NCBI RefSeq assembly: GCF_964204645.1 | Contig: NC_134026.1 | Span: 17,022,150 to 17,086,149, forward strand | DNA from: Tubulanus polymorphus | Lineage: Eukaryota > Animalia > Nemertea | Direction: 5' to 3' | Length of the DNA stretch: 64,000 nt | In this document: one piece after another, positions 11,569 through 22,275 of the stretch | Layout of the letters: each line of letters begins with the position of its first letter | Position numbering within the stretch: the first letter of the stretch is position 1 | Program-made: the position numbers and the translations under genes | The notes under the pieces: model-generated | What the model was told of the DNA's origin: nothing | The model's input: only the letters and a program-made list of their open reading frames with translations | Database searches by the model: none

Positions 11569-12330
11569 TTACTCTTTACATCTTATAACTAATTCATAAA
11601 TTACAGGAAAATTATTTAAATCGATTAAATATTCATCATGATGTCTTACTTCTAATTTGAAATTATTAAATCGTGAAATACAAGGCTTAAAATCACATTC
11701 TGTTTAATTAAAATTTAATTGCATTCCAAATTCTTTAACATTCTTCGATGGTAAAATATTTAATATACTAGAATTACAAGTTATATCTTTAGTTGCTTCG
11801 AATGTCTTTGTAGGATCAATTAAATTGCAATAAATATAAAAATGCGTGTAAGGTATTCAGTTTGGTGTAGCATCAATATTTGTAAAAGATCTATCTGGAG
11901 GAATTCCTAACAGTTTAGCTATAGGTTTTTTTTTCACCATTAATTTATGTTTTTCACTATTAGACAACCTTATCTTAATTATATCAGAACTCTCACTTTT
12001 TAAAAATCTAATACTGAACCCGGAATTACTACCTAACTTGTGCCAGGCTTTTCTATGAATTTCTTGCGATAATGTATCTATATTATATAACCCCAGTTTT
12101 AAATATATATAGGACCATTCATCTTTATTTTTATCAAACATTAAAAAGGCTCTATGTTCAATAGATTTACCCGATATATTATAAAAAGAATTACATTAAC
12201 TTACATTTACTAATTTTAAATCAACACAATTTTTAAATTCTCTATCTAATTGTACTAGTAAATTATGTGATTTATAATTTGTAAGTCTTCTTGAATCAAC
12301 ATATATTCTATATTCTTTTAATTCTACCAT
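11569..12330 (-). pseudogene. Minor capsid (penton-like) protein, copy A
   Basis: Paralog of the intact 16590-17345 ORF, with stops and frameshifts. Confidence 0.7.
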
Positions 12331-12344
12331 TTATTCTACATATT

Positions 12345-12694
12345 TTCTTATTCAAAATCTATATCATGGTGCCCCTTTTCATTCTTACCTTAATATATGA
12401 CATAGAAATCACCTGACCATAATTCTTCTAGATCTTCACTAGATAATCTATGAAATCTATCTGGTAAATATATTCTGAATTTATATGTATTTCCTTTTAA
12501 TCCTTCAAGGGAATAACTAATTTATCTCCATATGTGTTAGAAACTGTATCAATATTTGTAATTAAATATTTCTTATGAATTGTTAATTCATTTAACTTCT
12601 TAAATTTATAATCTACAGATTTAGCATTTGTGATATCTTTTATTCTATCTAGAAATGATTTGTTGTTCTCACTGTGTACTTGTTTACTCTCCAT
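12345..12694 (-). pseudogene. Small viral protein, possible OB-fold ssDNA-binding protein
   Basis: FKKLNELTIHKKYLITNIDTVSNTYGDKLVI...YLPDRF pattern seen in invertebrate Maverick accessory genes; fold is inferred. Confidence 0.4.
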
Positions 12695-12709
12695 TTATAA
12701 TACATATTT

Positions 12710-15240
12710 TTAGATATATTTGAAAAATTTAGAGATGTTAATTTGAATCATTTTAATGTTGATCCCTGTTATTGTTATTCAAGTCCTGGTTTAACTTGGC
12801 AATGTGGTTTAAAATATACAAATGTAGAATTAGATTTATTAAAAGAACCAGATATGGTTTTATTATTTGAAAAATCAATTAGAGGTGGAATTAGTGGTGT
12901 TATGGGAGATAGACATTTTAAAGCAAATGATGAATATAAATTTTTATATATTGACGCCAATAATTTATATGGTTGGGCAATGATGCAACCTCAACCGTAC
13001 AAAAATTTTATATTAACAGAAGTTGAAAATGATGATAAAACTAATTATGAAAGCGCAATTATGAGTTTAGAAGATGAAGCACCAATTGGTTATTTCTTTG
13101 TAGTTGATTTAGAATATCCTGATAACATTAAGTTTGAAACAAGAAACTTACCATATTGCCCAGAACATTTAGCCGTAGATGAAAGTTATTTAAGTGAATA
13201 CCAGAAGAAAATAAAACCGAAAGATCATGTTTTTACAGAAAAATTAATACTTACTCAAAATAATAAATACAATTATATTGTTCATTATAGAATGTTAAAA
13301 TTCTATCTAACACAAGGAATGAAATTAAAGAAAGTACATAGATATATTGAATTTAATCAATCGAAGTGGTTAGAAAAATATATAGATTTTAATACTCAAC
13401 AGAGAACTATATCAAAAACAGATTTTGAAAAAGATTTCAAATTAATGAATAATAGTTTTTATGGTAAAACCTGTGAAAATATTCGTAATAGAAACGTCAT
13501 TAAATTAGTAAATAATTCTGAACGACAGAGACATTTACAATCAAGTCCTAGACATTTAGGAAATAAAAGATTTGAAGATTATTTAACCGCGGTAAAATTA
13601 AAAAGAACGTCAATGAAATTTAATAAACCTATTTTCATTGGTTCAACTGTTTTAGAAATATCAAAATTATTAATGTATGATTGTTATTATTATGTTTTAC
13701 AACCTTTTTTTGGGAAAAGCATATTGAAATATTATATTTTGATTCTGTTACAGCTGATACCCCAATATTATTAGAATGCAATAACCAAATATTAATTAGA
13801 AGGATTTCAGAAATAATTCCAAAACAAAATGAACAGAATTAATATAAATAAATGGATTAATGGATGTTTGGACAATAAATGGATGGACAAAATTAAAGAA
13901 TATTATTAGGCATAAAACAAATAAGAAAATCTATGGAGTTAGAACTAAATTAGGGTTTGTAGATGTTAGAGAAGATCATAGTTTAATTAAACGAAATGGT
14001 AATGAAATAAAACCAACTGATATAAAAATTGGAGATGAATTATTACATTAAAGATTTTACCCAAGAATGAATCATATGTCATTTGATGAAATAATTGATA
14101 ATATTTATAATATAGAACCCAAAACATTGGCAGAAAAATAATATTTTATTAAAGGATTTTTTATGGGTGATGGTTCAGCAGGTGTGTATAAATCTGTTAG
14201 TGGAACTAAATATTGTTAGTATTTATGCAATCAAGATTTGAAATTATTAGAAAGAATAAAGAAATACTGTGAAGAAGTTTATTCGCACAAAGTTTTTAAA
14301 ATCATGGATGTTATGAAATCATCAGCAGTTTATAGAACACTTGTAAATAATTCTTAAGATTTTCCTATAAAATATAATGATGAATTCTATATTCATGCAA
14401 TAGTGAAAAGTAATACTTCAACCAAAGAAAAGATAGTGCCAGATTATGTATTAAATGCAGAATATAATCTTAGAAAATGGTTCTTCATTGGATTCTACAC
14501 AGCAGATGGTGCTAAAAATGTACGATTTCTCAAGTAATAAGATTTGCACAAAAAGGAAAAGTTGCAATAAGTGGTTTAAATGTGTTGTGTAATTCACTAG
14601 GTTTTAATATGCGTTTAGAATTTATGGAAGATAAACCAAATTGTTTTAAGTTAACACATGTAGAAAAAGAATTAACAGAAGAAGTTAGAGATTTATTTGA
14701 AATATATAACCCAACTGACTATGTTTATGATTTATCTACTGAAGATGGAACATTTAACTGTGGATTTCCATTAATTTGCTTCAAGACCGATAGTTACATA
14801 CTAAAAATCAAGACAAATGACATTACAAAAGACTTAAAAACATTAAAACATCATTTTGACTTTAGCAATTATCCAAAAGATTATGAATTATTTAGCAATG
14901 ATAGTAAAAAATTCCTGGTAAATTTAAAGATGAATTAGGGGGTGATGAAATGATTGAATTTGTTAGGATAAGAAGTAAAATGTATAGTTATAGAACAAAA
15001 GATCATGGAGCTAAAAAGTTAAAAGGGATCACAAAGCATGTGGTTGACAAACATATAGAATTACAAGATTATATTAAGTGTTTATACAACTTAATAGTTA
15101 TGAAACATAAAATGAATTGTTTAAGATCAGAAGATCACGAGATGTACATTAATGAAGTTAAAAAAACTAGTTTAAATCCATTCGACGATAAGAGATATAT
15201 TTTTGATGATGGAATAAAAACATTACCTTATGGCCATTAA
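12710..15240 (+). pseudogene. Protein-primed family B DNA polymerase (5'-truncated, frameshifted, intein-containing)
   Basis: DIFEKFR..DP..SSPGLTW, IRGGIS, motif A LYIDANNLYGWAM, motif B KLMNNSFYGKT, split motif C YFD|TDS, RSKMYS, KGI, DDKRY..TLPYGH*. Confidence 0.95.
13744..14785 (+). mobile_element. Intein with LAGLIDADG homing endonuclease inserted in PolB motif C (decayed)
   Basis: Block A SVTADTPILL directly after YFD; block B VDVREDHSLI; LAGLIDADG-1 FIKGFFMGDGS (14145-14177); LAGLIDADG-2 FFIGFYTADG (14481-14510); block F YVYDLSTEDGTF; ends PLICFK immediately before TDS. Confidence 0.93.
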
Positions 15241-15364
15241 AACATAAAATCAAGATCACCATACTCGAAATCACTACTGGTTTCTTCATTTTTATTTAAT
15301 TGTTTAGGTTATTCCATTTCATTTTTCTCATTTAAATAAAGTTCTATATTATTCCACATTTCAT

Positions 15365-16521
15365 CTAGCTCTCTTTCTTTTTGTTCGTTAATTCATCAAA
15401 TGGAATTATAATATCGATGTTTAAAAAATTTACAATCTTATTTAAACAGAATTCATAATTAATTGAATCTGTTATTTTATTATCCACATAGTATTTTAAT
15501 ATGTTTGAGAATGTTTCTTTTATATTTTCCATATCTTCTTTTGTTAATTTAGGTTTTTTATAATAATCGTTTAATAATAAATATAAATACATTTTCTTTT
15601 CTTTTGTGTTAAATGTTGGTGGAATAATTGTTTTTTATTATATCTTTCTTAGTTATTTCACCATTTTTATTTTCTATTATTTTCATTTTTTCAATCCATT
15701 GCTTATATTCTGGTGTATGATCTTCCATAGAAAATATCTTAAAAATTTCATCTAGATATTTTAATATTGGTTCAATAAGAATATCTCTAGTTTTTTCATC
15801 ACCCCATAAATTTCTTTGCCATCCACATTCATTACAAAATATCACAGAATTTTCTTGTCTTAAGTACTCATAAATACATTGTGGGAATTTTTTTCGATCA
15901 TATCTTGGTAATAGATCTTCATTAAGTTCTTAGTATTTACTTACGTTTTCTCTATGTTTTATTGTTCTATTATGTAGATTTGAATTACTTGTTGTAATAA
16001 TCAATTTACAATATTTACAATAATATGTTTTTCTTGCTAATTCATTATATTGTTTTTCCAACTTTTCAAGTGTTTCTTCATTATCTGGTAACGTATTCTC
16101 ATATTTCATTTTTTCTAATATTTTATTTTTTCTTTCATTGAAATCTGTTTCAAATTTATTAGAAATTTTATCTATATGTGCTTTACGAAATTGATGATTC
16201 TCTCAATCTTCTATATTTTCGGGGCTATATTTTATTCGACAATGCTCACAGAAATGATCATTTATATTATTCTTATCATAGAATAAGAAAGGTCTTTTCC
16301 AAATAATTTCAGGTTCAGTTTCAACAGAATTACTATTACTTTTTTTAATTTTACACTTCTCTGAATGTTTTTTAACATAATTTCTTGAGAATAATTTATT
16401 ACAATTTGGGCAGTTTATTTTAGGGGGTTTATAATTTTTATCATGTTTTTTCATATGTCGAACCATAATTCCTTTTTCTTTGAAGTTCACCACAAATTTC
16501 ACATGGTATCTTCTCTTCCAT
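15365..16521 (-). pseudogene. Viral zinc-finger protein(s), frameshifted
   Basis: CEICG..RHMKKH, CPNCNKLFSRNYVKKHSEKC, FCEHC, YYCKYC..LHNRTIKH, FCNECG. Confidence 0.6.
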
Positions 16522-16589
16522 TTATTAAGGAAAAATTTGTTTTAAATTAATTTTTAGTGATTCGAGGTAATTTTTTTGTGTTATAAATA

Positions 16590-17345
16590 ATGGGTGAATT
16601 AAAAGAATATAGAATATTTGTTGATTCTAGAAGACTTACAAATTATAAATCTCATAATTTACTAGTACAATTAGATAGAGAATTTAAAAATTGTGTAGAA
16701 TTAAAATTAGTAAATGTAAGTTTATGTAATTCTTTTCATAATATATCGAATAAAAGTCTTGATCATTTAGCTTTTAAAATTCATGTTAGAAAAATTGATA
16801 AATGGTTTCATCTTTATCTAAAACCAGGATTATATAATTTAGAAACATTAGCGCAAGAAATTAATAAAAGAGCTCGTTTAAAAATGGGCGCTGCTGCTCG
16901 ATTTGAAATTAAATTTATTAAAAGTGATAGTTCGAATAAAGTAAGAATAAAGTTAACTAATGAACAAAATAGATTTCTAGTGAGAAAACCTTTAGCTAAA
17001 CTGTTTGGAATTCTTCCAGATAGAGATTATTCAAGTATTGAAACTTATACAAATTTAATGACTTTTACACACTTTTATATTTATTGCAATTTTATTGATC
17101 CTACAAAAATATTTGAAGCAACTAAAGATACAATTTGTAATTCTAGTATATTAAATATTTTACCATTAAAAAATGTTAAACAATTTGGAACGCAAATAAA
17201 TTATAATTTAGCTGAATGTGATTTCAAACCTTGTTTTTCACGATTTAATAATTTCAAGTTAGAAGTTAGAAATCATAATGGATACTTAATTGATTTGAAT
17301 AACTTTCCTGTGATATATGAATTAGTTATAAGATGTAAAGAGTAA
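16590..17345 (+). CDS. Minor capsid (penton-like) protein, copy B, intact ORF
   Basis: IFVDSRR..LDREFKNCVELKLVNVSLCNSFHNIS..GLYN..YIYCNFID..LEVRNHNGYLIDLNNFPVIYELVI, a single jelly-roll penton pattern. Confidence 0.75.
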   Translation: MGELKEYRIFVDSRRLTNYKSHNLLVQLDREFKNCVELKLVNVSLCNSFHNISNKSLDHLAFKIHVRKIDKWFHLYLKPGLYNLETLAQEINKRARLKMGAAARFEIKFIKSDSSNKVRIKLTNEQNRFLVRKPLAKLFGILPDRDYSSIETYTNLMTFTHFYIYCNFIDPTKIFEATKDTICNSSILNILPLKNVKQFGTQINYNLAECDFKPCFSRFNNFKLEVRNHNGYLIDLNNFPVIYELVIRCKE

Positions 17346-17361
17346 TTTTATCACTATATAA

Positions 17362-17721
17362 ATGAACATAACTGTTGGTCCGAGTATATGTTTTGGATTT
17401 GATTTTAAACGTGAGAAAGAAATGAAATTTAACATTAATGATGTAATAACACATATCAAAAATATTGCATTTTCTAATGAAACAACATTTGAATATGAAA
17501 CAACAATAAATAAAGAAACTTTTAATGTAGAAAAGATTACTGATTTAATTAGAGAGTCTTTAACATTTTATGAATTAGATGAAGATTTCATTATTGATGA
17601 TATTAAACAAATAATAACTGAAATATATAAAAATGAAACTAATAATATTATCAATGTTGAAATAATTATAACTAAGTTAACTAAATATTTTGGAGATAGT
17701 AATTTTTTTATTAATAAATGA
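17362..17721 (+). CDS. Viral hypothetical protein, copy B
   Basis: Intact 119-aa ORF with a paralog in copy A. Confidence 0.65.
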   Translation: MNITVGPSICFGFDFKREKEMKFNINDVITHIKNIAFSNETTFEYETTINKETFNVEKITDLIRESLTFYELDEDFIIDDIKQIITEIYKNETNNIINVEIIITKLTKYFGDSNFFINK

Positions 17722-17939
17722 GTGATAATAAGTGGATGATAACTGGTTTATATAATGGAGAATTACTATCAGTTGGAACTGTTGGTTATCCAATGGTATT
17801 AAAAAAAGTATTTAAAATGGAAAGTGTTAATGTTGATAGATTTGATATAAATGATATTTTGAAATTAACATTAGCAGTAACTTTATCTAATTTAACTATT
17901 GATTATTTGGAAAAACAAAAATATATTCCTCCTATATAA
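17718..17939 (+). CDS. Small viral protein, copy B
   Basis: 73-aa ORF ending DYLEKQKYIPPI; overlaps the previous stop. Confidence 0.6.
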   Translation: MSDNKWMITGLYNGELLSVGTVGYPMVLKKVFKMESVNVDRFDINDILKLTLAVTLSNLTIDYLEKQKYIPPI

Positions 17940-17962
17940 ATGCGTAATTTTTTACTAAATAA

Positions 17963-18385
17963 ATGGCATTTGCAATTATAACTATTATAAGATCGGCAAT
18001 TGTTAACGCTTTGGCATTAACTGGTGGTGGATATTTATCTAAACATATTGATAAAAACAGTTCGTTAGGAGAACAAAAAAGACATAATTTAGCGTTAGAG
18101 AAATATAATAAAGCTGCAGAAGAATATAGAAAAAAGAGGCAAAACTATATGGATTACATCAATAAAGAATTATATAATCAGAAAATTACACATAGAGATT
18201 TTCAATCAGTCGATGAACCTTTGAGTTTATATAACGCAGTAACAAATCGTGAATAATTACATCTATATAAACCTAAATTATCAGATTATTATACACCAAG
18301 TAGTGAACAGAAGAAATATCAGATAATTTGGATTTTAGGTGGAACAGTTATTGTATTATTTGTTGCTTATAAATTTACTAATTAG
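17963..18385 (+). pseudogene. Small coiled-coil protein with hydrophobic termini, copy B
   Basis: Premature stop at 18256 relative to copy A. Confidence 0.65.
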
Positions 18386-18404
18386 TCACTTCTTTTCTAA
18401 ATAA

Positions 18405-18803
18405 ATGGTTGATAAAGTTGATAATATTGATATTATTCCTCATGATATAAATAAAACTACATTAAAATTATATTTGAAAAAACAAATATTAGAATTTGAA
18501 AATGATTTAAAAGTTAAAAATATTTAAAAGGTAAAATATTTAAAAGGTAAAACTATATACTATTTTATTATAAGTGGTTCAGTTACAATTAGTTCTGTAA
18601 TAACATTTCTAGCATTATTCTCACCATTAACGCCTTTAGCTATCTCAATTGGAGCTTTAGTTTTAAGTTCAAGTGTATTAACCGGCATAAGTTCAAAATT
18701 AAATATAAAAAGTTATAAAGAAAAAATAAAATCTAATATAAAAGAAATTCATAAATTATAAAATACACTAGATTATATACTAAGTTTAAATGGTAATATA
18801 ACA
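18405..18803 (+). pseudogene. Small two-TM membrane protein, copy B
   Basis: Paralog of 10157-10563; frameshifted; 3' end joined to the next gene by a deletion. Confidence 0.55.
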
Positions 18804-18804
18804 G

Positions 18805-19717
18805 TTGAAGTTTTGTACTGAATTTAATATAGACATAAATCATTCTGATTTTAGAACAAAAATTGGAACAATAAGATCACTTCCTTGCCCTAAAAAGATT
18901 GCAGAATATTGTACACTTCCCATACCATCTAATAGCTTTTATAATATCTATAATAATAAATTAGGTTATGGTAAAATAGAAACTAAGGATTTAGAAACAT
19001 TAAATTTCAATCCATTACCGAAATTTTATGATAATTTAAAACAAGAAAACAATAATGGTTGGGTTTATTCTATTTTAGAAAATAGTGAAGGATTTAGTAG
19101 AGCTGGTATACAGAGAATAAATCAATAAATTAGAACTTATTTGATATGTATTCTAGGTGCACAAGTTGAAACAAGATCCCCAATAATTGGAAATTTAAAT
19201 ACATCATTTGAAACACAAAAACAATTTAAAGTTTTATTTGAAGATTCCATTCATAATGATAAAAATAGATCGATTCCAGAAAATATAGTCAGGTACCAAA
19301 ATTATTTAGATAAATCTCATGTAAGACTAAATTATTGTATAGGTCCTAATTTATTAATTATTTCTGATGATTTAATATTAAAAATGGGAAATATAATTGG
19401 TAATAATAATTTGATTAAAACTGCAACAATAAATAATTCATTTGGATTAAATGACATAAATAAAAAGATTATTACTGCTCCAAAATTAATGGAAGGTGAA
19501 AAAATTAAAAAACATATTCAATCAACAGAAACAAAAACTAAGAATATTAAATTAAATAATGATTCTAAAATAAAAGATTACAATACATCGGAAAATATAA
19601 AAACTGATAATATTCCACACGAAATAATTAAAACTAATAATGAAAATAAATCCCACGAAAATAGCTATTACTTGTATAAGAATTGTAATAGGAGGAATAT
19701 TTTATTTTAAATTTTAA
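18805..19717 (+). pseudogene. Conserved Polinton protein, copy B (5' part deleted)
   Basis: Near-identical to the reverse complement of 8830-9650. Confidence 0.65.
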
Positions 19718-19734
19718 TTATTTTTATTATATAA

Positions 19735-20645
19735 ATGGATGTAGAAGGTGGAGAAGATTATGAAATGGGTACTTACGACGAACCCGGCATAACTAAAGAA
19801 CAACCACCTGATTTTAATGAAACAAATGAGCCAGAATATAATAATAATTTAGCAGATAGCGGTTTTAATGATAATATAATAACAACAGGCGATTTTGATT
19901 GAAGAGCTGGACGGAGAATAAATATTGAAAATGAAAATCCAGATTTAGTAAGACAGAATTTAGAATATAATGAATATATAAATAATTCTAAACCTATATT
20001 TGAAAAATCTGGATATAATAGAAATGATCGGGGTGCCAGATATTTAGTACAAGAATTAAAATCTTTAGATGGTGAATATTACTATCATTTGAAAGATGAT
20101 TATTATATTAATATCACTTATAAAAATCAAAATCAAATATTAGCAGAATCAACTTTGAGTAATTTAGAACCATCTACAATTACAAGAATAAGTAATAGTA
20201 ATGAAATAGAAAATGTTACACAAGAAGAAATAAATCAAAATAAAAGAGTATTTAAACAAAGAATTAATGACTTATTTGAAACAATCAATAATAATTTAGA
20301 AACAGAAACAACCTCTGAACAGAATATAACTTCAAAAACTAGTAAACTTAAATCAAATAAAGTTCCAATTGAAAAACTTTTACCGAATGGGTTACCAGAT
20401 GCAACAGATCAAGAATTTAAAGATTTAAATATATTTTCTGATAAAGCAATTAGAGAAATTATTAGTATAAGACTTGCATCTGATAAAATTGCCCATGATA
20501 AAAGTATAAGAGATTTTACAATTAGAACTTTAGAAAAAGAAATAACTGATAAAATTAAAGAAATAGAACAATTAAAATTAGATAGAGATAATAAAGTTAT
20601 TGAAGAAATTGAATTTAAAAAAAGAAATGCATATTTAGAAAAGGT
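19735..20645 (+). pseudogene. Long acidic/coiled-coil protein, copy B (3'-truncated)
   Basis: Syntenic with 7123-8813; shares EDYEMGTYDEPGI / EDIPMDTFDEPGI and IFSDKAIREI..LEKEITD..EQLKLD. Confidence 0.6.
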
Positions 20646-21170
20646 TTTATTTTCTCAGGTTACCTCTCACTCAGTATTTACTTGACTTCACAATGATCGT
20701 TTGATTTCTGTTCTGGCCAAAAAGCACACATATCACACTAGTACCGATCTGACCCCTAGCTACCAACTGCTTTGTTACAACCTTCGAATTATCAAGTGTG
20801 TTTCTCCCTTGATGTCATCCTCCCTCTGGCAGGAATTCGATCCTGATGGCGTCGCAACACTCAGCCACGGCACAAACCCCTGCCACACCACACCGGGTGC
20901 GCAGATACATGCGCAGATTAGATGAAGTCATTATTTGCCATAAGGATTTCTAACCGTGCAATCTCGATGACATCAGTTTCGAATCCCTGCCGGGGAGGAT
21001 GCCTGGATGTACGCACTTATTCAAGGAGTCTATGGTGAATCTGATTATTAAATCCCAACCGGCAAGTGAATACGTAGACCTACCCAATAGACAGCTAATC
21101 TTCGTCTTGAACAGAAACTGATACCAAACCATCCCTATCTACAGAGCAATATATGGAATTTGACGAACGG
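20646..21170. mobile_element. Two related tRNA-derived SINE-like copies, head-to-head
   Basis: Minus copy CATCAGGATCGAATTCCTGCCAGAGGGAGGATG (~20815-20850) and plus copy CATCAGTTTCGAATCCCTGCCGGGGAGGATG (~20971-21001); B-box-like core. Confidence 0.45.
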
Positions 21171-22104
21171 GGCAACAACATAGCGGTTCATTTAGCGGCC
21201 AAAATTATCGGTTTTAACACCGGAATCTTCAAGATTCAGTCATAATATCGTCATATAATTGATGCATGAATTCTATTGGACATATTTCTTTCTGTTTAAT
21301 ATAACCAATGTACGACAAGAATTTCACTTTTCCATGAAGTAGCGGTGATATTTGAATGTTTCCTTTCTATTGACCAGATCAAAGAGGGACATTTTTGTTT
21401 AGCTTTGACCTTCAGAGGTCCGTAAGTTGATCCTCTGCCGTTATCATGTCGAGAGTGAAACTGTGTCCAAACCAGAATTAAGACTCATGCGCGCGCGCTC
21501 ACCCAACTGATATAACACTAAAACAGATAATAAACACAATATCACTTTAAACGTTATTTTTACTTCACCTGATACAAGTGTACAGTTGGTTTTGGCTTAT
21601 AAAGAATTTAACATGTAATTAATACATTTACATACATGCATATATCGTCACTGAAATATATATATTTAAACATATATTCATAGTTTTTGTATATTTAATA
21701 AAATTTTGTGATGAAAAAAATATATGATTGATATAGTTTACTGTTATTTCCAAGGTGCAATCACATTCACAAACTGAACGAGCAAAACTGCATTATTACA
21801 ATTTTACAAAAAGCAGTCGCGTTTATTTGTAGACGTGCATTATGGGACTTACAAAAGCACGGAACAAAGAAAGTTGTACTTCTTCGCGTGGAGGGTATTT
21901 TTTGTTAATCCTTACCCAACGGACTTCTATATCTTACGTTATCTTTTAGGCTGAATCCAGAAGCATTGTGATTTCATTTCTAAAGCGGGTGCTGCCCAAA
22001 ATATCTAATATTTGCTTATCGAGTATTTAAAAATCGTTACCCCACATACCTCAATAACTTTGCTACGATTATTTGCATAGGGTCAACCGTTAACGATGCG
22101 ATAA

Positions 22105-22259
22105 CAGGGCCGTATATAGCGTTGGGTCAGTTGCCCCCTCCCCAGAAGTTATGGAAAAGTGCCCTTTTTGCAAACATTAATGTTACATCCCATAGAACTG
22201 CCCTTATTGGGTTTCTCTGAACTACACCCCAAACAATTGGAGTGCTTAGTCCGGCCCTG
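22105..22259. mobile_element. Short MITE (CAGGGCCG...CGGCCCTG)
   Basis: Short terminal inverted repeats. Confidence 0.45.
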
Positions 22260-22275
22260 GACAAATGCGTCTTAA

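Larger units (their letters stand above)
3358..20645. mobile_element. Endogenous Polinton/Maverick (adintovirus-like) composite locus, two diverged copies in inverted orientation
   Basis: Sharp rise in AT content; intronless, tightly packed genes; pPolB, A32-type ATPase, capsid-like genes and integrase chromodomain; ~8830-12330 (minus) mirrors ~16590-19740 (plus). Confidence 0.92.

Noticed and set aside
13744-14785. Group I intron or spliceosomal intron as the PolB insert
   Set aside because: No GT-AG ends, and protein-level intein blocks begin and end exactly at the extein junctions.
3358-20645. Terminal inverted repeats and TSD of an intact Polinton
   Set aside because: None found. Both ends are cut mid-gene by other repeats, and the large inverted similarity is coding paralogy, not TIRs.
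20815-21001. Functional tRNA genes
   Set aside because: B-box-like cores are present but no convincing cloverleaf; treated as SINE-like.
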